A stretch of DNA of 64,000 nucleotides from Paraspadella gotoi (lineage: Eukaryota; Animalia; Chaetognatha). Below the pieces are notes generated by a model. The model saw nothing but the letters and a program-made list of their open reading frames with translations. It did no database searches and had not been told where the DNA came from. The position numbers and the translations under genes are program-made. This document shows, piece after piece, positions 1 to 11,375 of this stretch. How positions within the stretch are numbered: position 1 is the stretch's first letter; the number at the start of each line of letters is the position of its first letter. The stretch lies in contig CM119266.1 of the NCBI GenBank assembly GCA_051294375.1, positions 13,810,078-13,874,077 of the forward strand, given 5' to 3'.

Positions 1-279
1 TGGAATCATTATTCCGCGTATATGTTTGTCTCGCCCAATTGAAAACCATTCCTGTGGTTAATTAAAATTGTTTTTCGCCGATGAAACTTGTATCGAGAAG
101 TCGATGGGCGTTGGCCAAACCTTTGTATTGTTGCGGGAGTGAATGATGATGAATGATTCAAGCCTGATTGAATCAATGAAGCATTGATGTGTGAAGTGAA
201 GAGTCGCCCGACGGCATCCTATGAATGATGATTCTGTCTCAATCTGGATGAATGAAAAGAAAAACATAAAGTTAGGCAG

Positions 280-860
280 TGTTAAGACGAAAATATCGAG
301 CTATTAGTCCGCGGACAATGGACATGCGCCGCACGTCATGGTTGAATGCAAATTGCAATTGCAAGAAGGGTAGTGACAACGGGTAATCGATTCCGCCGCG
401 TCAGTTTCGCTTCGCCAAGCAGAACGGCTGCGGAAGAGAAAGCGCGTGAGCTTGAAAGACCATGATCATCACGCAGGTTTTGTAGTCAATCTGCTACAGA
501 AGCTGCCAGGTATTATGTAAGAAAGTGAATGAAATGGCGTCGTGCACGAGAATGCACGCTTCGCCATTGATTACCGGAAACTAAATCTGTCTACGGTTCC
601 CAGGACGCAATGCCTCCCGAGGAATGGGAGATGTGTTTGCAATATTTTGGCATGCGTTGGTCTTTCGAAAATGATTTAAATTATGGGTTACATGATGATC
701 CAATGTCACGAGCAGCACCATTGACATTGTTTTGAGGTTCCACAGCCGGTCAGTAATGTGGACGTTCTCCCTTCGGCCTCAAAGTGGCCCGGCCGTATCA
801 CTGAGCTGATGGAACTCATTGCAATGGCTCATATCTACTCTCTTTTTACGAGCGTGAAGC
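280..860 (+). mobile_element. Decayed Ty3/gypsy LTR-retrotransposon pol fragment (pre-RT linker and N-terminal RT), frameshifted; probably extends to the window start
   Basis: 557-586 translates RFAIDYRKLN (gypsy RT motif RxCxDYRxLN). It is followed in shifting frames by FENDLNYGLH (cf. FSKxDLxxGYHQ), PFGLKVA (cf. MPFGLxNAP) and LMELI. Upstream GHAPHVMVECKLQLQEG resembles the pre-RT linker. Several stops and frameshifts. Confidence 0.75.
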
Positions 861-947
861 AGGTTTGTTTTAATGTTTCTTTACTCGATTTAATTTTGTA
901 TTGAGGTTTTTATTAATTCGTTTTATTTATCTTTTTATAGTCCAGCT

Positions 948-1020
948 TTCAATGCCGTTCAATGCCGTTCAATGCCGTTCAATGNNNNNNNNNNCCGTTC
1001 AATGCCGTTCAATGCCGTTC
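948..1020. repeat. 10-bp tandem repeat (TTCAATGCCG)n spanning a 10-N gap
   Basis: Direct reading; the gap at 985-994 makes the copy number uncertain. Confidence 0.85.
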
Positions 1021-2848
1021 GTATCTCGATTGCTTCTACATTTGGTTAATTAATAACGTAATTAACTGCAACACGATACTCGTCGCTTTCTTAGTCATGT
1101 TTATATTCGAGAACTCTACAATGATTCATATCATTACCCACTTTGTAATTTAGTTTTGCTCCAATATGGAGTTCTTGTAACTTTAAATTTCCGGATGCTC
1201 CTTTTTTCGCATTCCGTTTGCGTTCGCGAACTCGGAAAATCTTTTCACCGCTTTCACCCTTCCCTCTTTTTAATTCCTCCTTCCACATTCAAAATAAAAT
1301 TTAACATATTTTCAAGATAAAACGAGGTTACTTTCAATGAATTCAGAAAAGAAATTCGGAATGAATAATGAAGCGAGAGGTTTTTTTTTTGGGGGGGGGG
1401 AACGGGAAGACAGGGAGAGAGAGAGAGAGAAAGAGAGAGAAAGAGAGACAGAGAGAGTAAAAAAGAGGGATTAAAATGGCGGAAAAGAATTGTCGAGACG
1501 GTTAGAAAAGAGAAAGGTAGGGAAAGTGAGTAGTGAAAATCAGAAGCGTCTCTACGAATTAAGGTGAAAATTAAAGGTGATGCTAAAGTAATGAATAATT
1601 AATATCTTTCACGATGAATTTTGGAAACTATTGAATGTTAGGTGACGCGAGAAATGTCACACGTAACCGTCTATCTATTAACGGACACCGCGAGTTCGTG
1701 AGTTCAGGTCACTTAGAACAAACGACGACGAAATTGACATCTTGACAAAAAAGGAAAATTAAAAAAAAAAAAAAAATGAAAGAGAGAAAGAAAGAAAGAA
1801 AGAAAGAAAGATATATAAAAACATAGAAAGAAAAAAAAGGAGGAAAGCAAGAAAGAAAGGCCGGAAGGAATAATCGCGCCGACGTTAGGTTTGAAACGAA
1901 AATTAGTCATGCAAAGGGGTTGCGGCGAAAAAGTGGAAAGGGGGCGGAGAGAAAGAAGGAAATAACATTTAAAAAAAAAAGAGGAAAGATAAAAGAAAAT
2001 GGAGAAAGGAGGGGAGGAAAAAAAATTTATGGAGGGAGGAAGAGAAAAATGATTAACGCAAAATCGAGCGCCTAAACTGGAGGAAAGGGAAGGAAAAGTT
2101 TCCTCACCGTTTTCTATGGAAAAAAAAGGAAAGGAATAGGAGGAATGGGAGAAGGAAAGAGATAAGCGAAGAGAGAAAAAAAAAACAATTTGAAAAAATA
2201 AGAAAAAAAAGTGGAAACGAAAAGAGAAAAAAAAAAGAGGAAATAATTTTCTTTTTTCTTATAGTTTTCTTTACCACGCGTCGCGTATCTTGAACTCGAC
2301 AGGCGCAACAAATTAAAACTGGTGGCTTAATAGTATTCCGAACGAATGGAAAGTCTACGTGGAAAATGAGTCGGCGAGAAAAAAAAAATACTTCGAGGGG
2401 GATATTAGAAATATTTTTTTAGACGTTTATTTATTTACATTTTGCTCTTTCAAGCGAAAACGATATCACGTCAAGTGCTCTTTCACTTTTATTTATTAGA
2501 TGACTATTTTGTTTATGACGTTTATCAAAGAAAGCTTGACAGAGAGGTATGAATGCTTTCTTTTTTGTCCATCAGAATGTATCATACAGAATGACATGAT
2601 ACATACATAAATGACAGGTGGAAAATTAGACACAATAGCTGTGACGGAAGTAGTTTTGTCATAACTCTTCGATCTGTGAGCAGAAAAATTAGTTTCCGAC
2701 AGCTCGTTCGACAGTCGACATTTCTTGGTTCACCACAGCGCAGGTGTTTTGAGGCGCCGGTTCAATTGGTTTCCATTTTAGACCTTTAGAAAAAAAAAGA
2801 AAAAAAAGAAAGCAATGAATTAAGAACGAAACCAAAAAAATTAAAAAA

Positions 2849-2890
<42 letters not shown>

Positions 2891-3058
2891 AGGAAAGAAG
2901 GAAAGAAGGAAAGAAGGAAGGAAAAAAAAAAGAAAGAAAGAAAATCAAAGCACTGGAAAACTTGGTTAAAGAAAAAGCACCGTCAAACGGTTCCCAGCCG
3001 GCAAAACCCATCGGACTACCGTTTGAGAGCAACCAAAATCGTCAATTTCTCTCTAACT

Positions 3059-3096
<38 letters not shown>

Positions 3097-3803
3097 ACGA
3101 CTGCGGGTCGCACTCCGAGCGAGAAAGAGAGTTAGTATCACAGGTTCGCTAATGATGGCCATGGGTCTCCAGCCTCGCATAAATCATCGCCCGTAAATGA
3201 CTCGAAAACACTTTCCTCGTGTTCGGAAGGGTTAACTTCTCCCTCGCCTCGAATCAAAACGCGATCCAAGTGACCAGAGAGAGAGAGAGAGAGAGAGAGA
3301 TGAGAGACGAGAGAGAGAGAGTGAGAGAGAGAGAGAAAGAGAAGAGAGAGAGACTCCTTAACTGTCTGGCGTGAGATTCACGGGAGCGCAGCTGAAACTT
3401 TGATTATCTGTTAAAGCTCATTTATCAACATTTCGAAAAGAATGAAACCACATTTGACTCCCAGGAGGAGAACGCGTTGGATTCGAAAAAGGGGGCGGAG
3501 AGGGGAGGGGGTGAGTTTTTGAAGGATAAATGGATGATTGGATAAAGGGAGAGAAGACGGAATTCTGGGAGAAAAAGAAAAGAAAATATCCTGGAATCGA
3601 TCTACGATCAGGAAATCAAATGTGGTAATGGTAAGAGAAGAGAAATTTTTTTTTCTTTCGTACGAATGTTGTTACATACAGGATATCAGCAGTTTTATAA
3701 TCCTTTGGTGTTCACGAACGAAAACAAATCCTACCTTCTTGGTATCTGTGCTTAAACGAAGTCGTTCCTAGAATTTTCCTATTTTTACGACCGTAAACAT
3801 ATC

Positions 3804-3874
3804 GGCCGCGTGGCCCTAATGGAGAAGGCGTCTGACTTCGAATCAGAAGATGAGGTTCGAGTCCCTTCGGGTCA
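3804..3874 (+). pseudogene. tRNA-Arg(UCG) degenerate copy (pseudogene or sequencing indels)
   Basis: Nearly identical to 4106-4178 but with an extra C in the D-arm, missing bases in the variable/T arm and a missing base in the 3' acceptor strand. Followed by TTTTT. Confidence 0.75.
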
Positions 3875-4105
3875 TTTTTGTCACAAAGCCCACTGAAACT
3901 TTTTATGGAGGTCATTGAGTGCTAAAAAGACCATCAGATACTGAATATAAGCTCAAATTTTAAACGTAGTTAATTAAACTGAAAAAAAAAAGAAAAAAAA
4001 AAAAAAGAAATATCAGATACGTAGTAAAGCTCAAAATTAAACTACCTAACATTTTACGAAGGCAGTGTAGAACACACATGTTAACATATGTCATCTATGA
4101 AGTGT

Positions 4106-4178
4106 GGCCGCGTGGCCTAATGGAGAAGGCGTCTGACTTCGAATCAGAAGATTGAGGGTTCGAGTCCCTTCGTGGTCA
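4106..4178 (+). tRNA. trnR-UCG: tRNA-Arg, anticodon TCG
   Basis: 73 nt: GGCCGCGTGGCCTAATGGAGAAGGCGTCTGACTTCGAATCAGAAGATTGAGGGTTCGAGTCCCTTCGTGGTCA. Anticodon stem TCTGA/TCAGA with loop CTTCGAA, B box GTTCGAGTCC, and a Pol III T-run terminator immediately after. Confidence 0.95.
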
Positions 4179-4543
4179 TTTTTCGCTAATAATAACATTT
4201 GTTTATTTTATTCTTATCTCATTCCCTGTGTAAATCAGCAATTTTTTTAAATACATTATTTTTTTTTAAAGCTAAGCTGACTGTAAGTTGAATTAAATAA
4301 AAAAAAACTTCGATATAATCTTCATAAGAAATAAAAAAACAAGATTAATAGCCAAGCAACGCTCTTGTATCTATAAAACAGCAACACATTGACCGCAATA
4401 ATAATGAAATAAAAAGCGAGAAATCATCGAATTTACGCAATTCTCAAGATGAACGAATTCAATTTACAAAATGACGGATCGAGGAAGAAAATTATGGATC
4501 GACTAAATCGGTAGCTTTATCCCTAGAGACAAGAGTAAAGAGT

Positions 4544-4549
4544 TTTATT
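4544..4549 (-). promoter_or_regulatory. Candidate polyadenylation signal (AATAAA) of the cadherin gene
   Basis: TTTATT on + strand ~135 nt downstream of the stop. The context is AT-rich, so the match is not very specific. Confidence 0.35.
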
Positions 4550-4684
4550 TTTAGTTGACTGGGTCTGGGAGGGAAGTCTCTATTAGGAGACTGAAAGCTT
4601 CATAAAACGAAAAAAAAAAAAAAGTTAAAAAGAATACTAATTATGGTACAACACAGAACCGCTCAATCCAGCCCTACCACCGAT

Positions 4685-6965
4685 TCACATCTTGATCTCC
4701 TTTCCGAAACACTCGGACAAGGCCTCGCAGAATTCCACGTAGTCGATGAAGCCGTCCTTGTCCTTGTCGAACCGTTGGAGGAACTTCTTCCACGAGCCTT
4801 TGTAGACGAAGCCGGCCGACTTGAGCGCCCGAAGCACCTCGTCCTGCCCGAGTCTCTTCTCGCCCTTCTTGTCGGCGTCGACGAAGAGCTTCTGCGCGAA
4901 GACGATTTTCTCTCCGCGCATGAGGTTGATGAATTCTGGCAGCTCGAAGGTGAAGTCGTTCTTGTCGTCGTCGATGTTGTACTTTTTGAGGAGACCCTCC
5001 ACGTAGAGTTTGTCGACCTTTCTCGCCTTCCGATCGCCGAAGGGATTGCCGTCCATCCATTGGAGAGCGTTCTGGAGCTCGGAGGCGGTCACGTGACCCG
5101 TGTTGTTGGGATCGCAGGCTTTGAAGCAGCGAAGGTAGTAGGCGTCTTCCTCCTGCGTGGGCATGAAGTTATCCTCGATCTCTTCCTCTTCGTCCGCCGA
5201 CTCCTCGAAGACCCGCTCTTCCTCTTCGCCCAGCATCTTGGCCAAGCGACCAAATCGAGGCCCCCACCGGTAGACGTTGGTGTAGTCTTCATCCTCGTCG
5301 GCGATCGACTCGAGGGAGGAGAGGCTCCCGGCTTTGGAGTCGGTTCCTTCAAGGTCAAAGGTCAGCATCTCGTCGTTGGCGTTCGGATCCTTGTCCTCTT
5401 TCAAATCCTCGGGTTCCCGCGGCTTGAACGGCGCCACCACGCCGGCCTGGACGCCGACTCCCTTTCCGGCGTCTTTCTCGGCGTCGCCGTCGGGTTTCAG
5501 CATCGGCGTCGACTCTAAATCGGCGTCGCCGACGTCGGCCTTTTTGGCCACGAGTTCGTTCTCCACTTTGGGCTTTTGTCCCTCGTAACTTCCGTTTTCC
5601 ACAACGAGTAACGGAATCTTTTCCGGCGCCGGAAGATTCTCGTGACCCTCGACGCCGTCGGCGTCTTTTCCGTTGGCTCCGGCGCCCCTCGCCTTGGCTG
5701 CCGCCTCCTGCTTCTGTTTGCGGCGTCGCATGAAGACGACGGCGACGACGATGAGGATGAGGAGGACGAGGACGACGATGATGATGATCCACCAGGGAAA
5801 GGCGCCTCCGGCCGCCACGTAGGATCCCGGAAACGCGAGGACGAGTTTGGACTCTCCGCAGACGTTGGCGTCGTCGCAGCCGCGGAATTCCAGACCAGGG
5901 AAATCGGGCGGCATCTCCTGAGTCTGGCGCAGTTTCAAGGTGGCGTCGTCGGCGCGGAGGGAAAGGGGCGCAGCGGCGGCTCGACGGCGGCGGCGCGCTG
6001 CGTTGTTTTCGATCTTAAAGTAATCGGCGCCGGAGGTCATTGTGATCACGTAGCTGACGTCTCCTTCGTCCTCGTCGACGAAGACGATGTCGAGCGTCGC
6101 GTTGGCTTCGTTTCTCTGCATCGTCTGTCGCGGCTCCTGAGGGAAGGGAGGAGGAAGAGGAAAATGATTTTGGGGCGGGAAGTGATGTGATTGGACGGAT
6201 GAAATAAAACTGCGAAACTGTAAAAGTTGACTCAAAATAAAAATTGAGAAAAAGTCGAAAAATACTGAAATATCAAAAAGTAAAATAAAAGACAGTAAAA
6301 AAACTAGAGAATAAATTCAAGACTTGTAAAGTTGAAGGGAGTTTAACAAATTAAAAAATAACAAATCAACGACGTAACATTTACCTGCGGTCGTGGAAAG
6401 TTATCGTTCACGTCGCCCACGTCGACGATGAGCCGCGTGGAGGCGGCGAACTCTGGCTTCCCCGGATCACGAACGGTGACGACGCAAGTGTGACGCTTCT
6501 CCGTCTCTCTGTCCAACGGCCCCGTCGTCACCACTCTGCCCTCTTTGACCCCGAACGGGCATGTGCCGCCCTCCGCCGCTGCCATGTCGACCACGTTGGC
6601 GGTGGACTGTTGGTCGTCGGCGTCGGTGCAGCCCAGATCGCAAGGGTCGAGGGGCGTGCCGGGCGCGACGTCTTCGCGAGCGCCGCAGACGACCTCCTTG
6701 GACGCGCAGACGGGCGGGTTGTCGTTGACGTCCTTGACGACGACGGTGACGGTGGCCGTGGACTCGCGCGTCGGGCGTCCGTCGTCCGTGGCGGCGACGA
6801 CGATGCGGAAGAGGGCGGTCTCCTCGCGGTCGACTTGTTTCATGACGTTGATGTTGCCGTTGCCGGAGTCGACCAGGAACCAACTGCCTGGGTCGATCTT
6901 TTGCTCCTCTCTGACAGAAAGAAGTCAGATATTGATTGATTGATTGATTACTTTTTATTTATTTT

Positions 6966-7053
<88 letters not shown>

Positions 7054-8891
7054 TCATTCATTAATTCATTCCTTCATTCATTAATTCATTCATTCATTAA
7101 TTCATTTTTTATACATTAATACATTCTCTGAAATAAAGTAAAAAAAAAAAAAATTATCAATCAAACACTCACCTCCCATTCACGTCGACCGAAGTCACCG
7201 AGAGCCGTTTATAACTGACGTGGGAGTTCCTGTCGAAATCCGCGTCGTTGGCTCTCACGTTCATCAAGGGATTGACGGAGTTGGGTTCCCTGTTCTCGTC
7301 CAACCCGACCTCCAACGCCCCCTCCACGAAGACGGGCGCGTTATCGTTGGAGTCCTCGACGGCGACGGTGTAGCGAATTCGTTGCTGCTTCGTCGTCGAC
7401 GTCGGATCCGCGGGCGAGGCTTGGATGTCCAGCACGATCTCCGCTTCCCCGCGAGCGTTCACTTTGTCCGGATATTGCTCGGCGAGTCGCTCGCGGTCGA
7501 AGGGCCTCGTCGTCTGAACAAAGGCCTCGTTGAGGCCCACCTTGCGCAGGGTGAAGCGAGAGGCTTCCGCCGCCGGGTCGACGAAGGTGATGGCGAAGGT
7601 GAGTTCCTCGTTGGTCTCCACGCCGCCGGAGATGGTGCGGGCCGTCACCTGGGTCGAGGTGAGTTGGGGGGGGAGGAGGAGGGGAAAAGGAAGAATTATA
7701 CAAAACGGGATTATACAAAACAAGGTAAATACCGAACCAGTGGCTGCGGCCAATACATACATACAACTGAACTGTTAATGCGGCACTAATAACATTTTGA
7801 TACTTACAAAAATATTTTATAAATCAAAATAATATTTTTTTGGTATATATTATATATGAATAAAATGCTCAAATCAATACATAGAATAAGAAAGGGAATA
7901 AAATAAAATACAATAAAAAAAAGGTTTAAAATAATAAAAAATTTCCCCCCAAAAATTGTTATTTTGTTCAAGAGCAGGTGCAAGTGAAAATCTAGTGGGT
8001 GCAGCTAAAATTTATTATAATGTTCTTTTGTCTTACAAAAAGCTTCCTTCTTTGTAGAGCCCCTAGTAGAATATGGTTAAAATACCAAAAAAATTTAATG
8101 GGACTGTTCTTTTGTTTCGGAAAAAAAATTAAAACCTAGGTTGGATCTACTTAAACTAAATTGTATTGCTTTTTTGTTTTTTAAAATGCCTCCTTTGTTT
8201 GTACAGCCATCTGGTTTATTAAGACGAAAACATATAAAAAATAGCTATTTTGTATAAAGCAATGCAAGTGACGATCTAGTGGGTGCAGACAGAAGAGCAA
8301 ATTTCTATAGAAAGTAAAGAGAAAATGCTGATACTAGAAAAAGTAAGAGACAAATCCTAGTAGGAGAGAAGAAAAGTTAAGTAACCGGAAAAAAAAATCG
8401 GAAAAAAAAAAGAAAATACTATATATAGAAAAAATTGTTCAACTTCGGGGGCTAAGTAAAATCTAAGGACCTACGTAATTATAAGTAGATTAGAAGTTTT
8501 TTTCTATCTGTCCTCTGTTCAGTCAACGCAAAAACCACAAACGACCAACACTACAATTAATTTACATTTTCCGTCCGGTAATTTGAAATAAAAAAAATAT
8601 TAATACCCGCCCCGTTCTCACTTTCGTATTGAGTCGATAGGGATAAGATGGCGTGGCCATTTTCGTCAATTCCTCCGGCACGAGGGCGTTAAGCTCGAAG
8701 GTGACGGCGCTGTCTTCCGCCGCGGCCGGCGACGCCATTCGCGCCATCGGCCCCGGATCTTTGTGGACGAACTGGATCTCGCCCGGAGAGGTTCGAGGCG
8801 CCGGCGATGCGGGAGGGGCGTGGAGGAGGAAGAGGAGAAGGAGGAGAGGAAGAAGACGAGTAGGGGTGGGCGTGGCGAAAAGGGACGACAT
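4685..8891 (-). CDS. Classical-type cadherin with C-terminal calmodulin-like EF-hand module (~907 aa); exons 8891-8622, 7648-7173, 6910-6385, 6136-4685
   Basis: Signal peptide (RLLPLLLLLFLLHA). EC motifs PEE/DRE/DSNDN, LDEN/DAD/DRE/DVNDN and ARED/DAD/LDRE/DVNDN, plus a degenerate 4th repeat. TM helix WWIIIIVVLVLLILIVVAVVFM then RRRK. Catenin-binding motif FDLEGTDSKAGSLSSLES...WGPRFGRLAKMLG. EF loops DPNNTGHVTASE and DKDKDGFIDYVE. All three introns are GT-AG with matching phases (0,2,0); total CDS 2724 nt. Confidence 0.92.
6965..7105. repeat. (TTTC)n then (TTCA)n microsatellite in cadherin intron 2
   Basis: Direct reading. Confidence 0.9.
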
Positions 8892-9373
8892 TGTTTTTTT
8901 TTTTTTTTTTATTGGAGGCGTAAGAGTTTAATTCGCATCAAGCGTCGTTGCTCTTTTATTTTCACTTTTTTCGTGAATTCGAATTTTCAGAATTTCTCGT
9001 TTTGTTTTATCTCTTGTCGTTCAAAGGTCTTGTTTCGCCTCGCATGTGATTTTGCACATAAAACAAAAATCACAAACTTTTTTTATTTATTCCTTTTGCT
9101 TTCAATCCGGCCTTCGATTACGTAGATCTACATTTTTTTTATCCGTCGCACAGTCCGAGTTAGAGAGAGAGCGAGCCTCGCGTCTCTTAGATCTAATAAT
9201 CCGCGGTATTCCACAGAATGTGGGGGAATCAGCTTCGAAAATCGGACCCCGTGTTTGTTCGGCGCGAGCCACGATCCAAGTTCAAACACGGAAAATAATC
9301 AGGGTCGCACCAGAAGCCCATATCCTATAGAGAGAGGGGGAAAAAATGTCAAAAGTTTAATCAGTAAAGGGAG

Positions 9374-9426
<53 letters not shown>

Positions 9427-9945
9427 TTGTCGTCCGATACTTGCGACGTCGCAAAGTTGATCTACCAGAAAGCTTTTCACTCTCTTTTTTTTCTCTCTCT
9501 CTCCGCTCGTCAAAGTTTGAGGAAGAAAGAACAAACATCGGCCAGACCCACACTTTCCATTGTGAAAAAAAAAAATTCAATGTGAAAAGAAAAAAAAAGC
9601 GGTTCACTTTTGGATTAACATTTTAAAAAAGCGAAAAAGAAAATTAAAACGTTTACAGAAAACCCCCAAAAAAAGAAAGATCGATAAGAAGAAAAAAAGA
9701 GTCACAGTTTTTGAGAATGCGAGAAGAAAAAAAAGAGCGAAAAAGCAAAGGAGTAATAGGCTTCCTTTATCAAGACGAAGAATCGAGAGGGAACGAAGTT
9801 CGGTCCGGCGCGGGGAGTGTCGCTCCGACCGCCTCTGTTCCGGAGCATGAGGGTTCCGCGAAAAGAGAGAGAGCTCGATCGCTTTGGTCTTTTGAAGAGA
9901 GCCTCGCCTTTTAAATTCTTTCTCTCTCTCTCACTCTTAACCAGA

Positions 9946-10046
9946 TTTTTTTTTTATAATAAATTCAATATGACATTCAAACAATAAATGAGTATTTTTT
10001 TTTATAATAAATTTAATATGACATTCAAACAATAAATGAGTATTGA
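9946..10046. repeat. ~50-bp direct tandem duplication bounded by T-runs
   Basis: TTTTATAATAAATT(C/T)AATATGACATTCAAACAATAAATGAGTATT occurs twice back-to-back. Confidence 0.8.
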
Positions 10047-11185
10047 GCAGATTTGGAGAGAGGAATCATGAATAAAGAGAAGAAGGGACATTTGTGAATG
10101 AAGAATGGAAGGCGGAGATAGAAGGGTCATCTGTGAAAGGAAGAGACAAGACTGTGAAGGTTTTTGAATGAAGGAGAGAAGGTCAGCTGTAGTAGGAGCC
10201 ACTAGGAGGAAAAAAGAAACGTAACGGGAAGGGTCATACGAGAATGGAGAAGAAAGGACTATCAAGGAAAGTGAGAAAGTGAGAAAGTTAGAAAGGTCAT
10301 TTAATGGAATCGGAGAAATAGCGATCAAATAATCATACAAAGGTATTCTTGAAGGATTCCCAGGGAAAGAGAATAGAAGAATTTATCATGATTTAAAAAA
10401 GACGACGCTAGTTATAAATATAAAATTTGTGAGAAAGATTTTTCGGCGTGATCTTTAGATCCCGACGAATGTGAAACTGTCTTCAATATTTTCTGTCGAT
10501 GACGAATTCGATGACGTGGAAACCAAGATCGATGATCCTCGTCGTTGTTGTTGTAGTCGAATTTAAAAACCGTAAGAATTTCGCGGGATATTTTACTCAC
10601 AAAGGTGGAGTTCGGATTTTTAAAAATAACCTCGTAATAAAAAGAGAGAAAAAAAACCCAGTAAAGCATCGAGTGGGTTAAAAAATGTAAAAGTCTTCGG
10701 CAAAAAAAGTTTGAAATATTTAAATTAAAACAACGAGATCGTAGAAAATGTTTTGAACGCGCGACTCGAGTATATCGAATCGTTTTAAATCTCAATTCGT
10801 TCGCGGTGAGAATTCACGGAAATTCGTCGAAAATTATTCACGCTCTTCCGAATCACAGAATCAGTGATAATCGCTCGATCGCCCAGTTTAGGCGGAATTG
10901 CGTCGAATCGGATTTGATAATCGTGCCCGTTCCGGCGTCGGTCACTCCCTTCACGGGCAGGCGGTCGGGCAAGAGAATTCTTGTTCTTTCTGTCGTATTA
11001 AAACATTGCGGATCAAATCGTAAATTATTAATTATCATTTTTTAACTCAAAAATTCTTATCTCTTCGTTTTTCCACGATTCTCTCTCGTAAACTAATTAC
11101 AATCAGACTCGAATTTCCAGTTTTGTTGCGACGATCGCCGTAACAACAGTAACTCTTTTCGTCGTCGTCGTTGTCGTCGTCGTCT

Positions 11186-11219
<34 letters not shown>

Positions 11220-11331
11220 TGTCATTTCAAAAAATCTGATTTTTCGTAAGACGTTAAAAATGAAAAACCTGTTTTAGGGCTGAAGAATTCAGCAAAGCAC
11301 TGTGGCAGCAGTCGACCTGGAAGCGGCGCGG

Positions 11332-11375
<44 letters not shown>

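Noticed and set aside
4643-6943. Long + strand ORFs (4643-5518, 5642-6190, 6490-6939) and alternate-frame ORFs over the cadherin
   Set aside because: Antisense or off-frame shadows of GC3-rich coding exons with no motifs of their own. The same applies to 7220-7789, 16540-17403 and 22463-22900.
7975-8290. TGCAAGTGA..ATCTAGTGGGTGCAG occurring twice in cadherin intron 1
   Set aside because: Most likely a decayed local repeat; no evidence of a regulatory role from sequence alone.
10002-10400. 112-aa minus-strand ORF ending near an A-run (possible LINE 3' end)
   Set aside because: No RT or endonuclease motif; the pyrimidine-rich composition explains the open frame.
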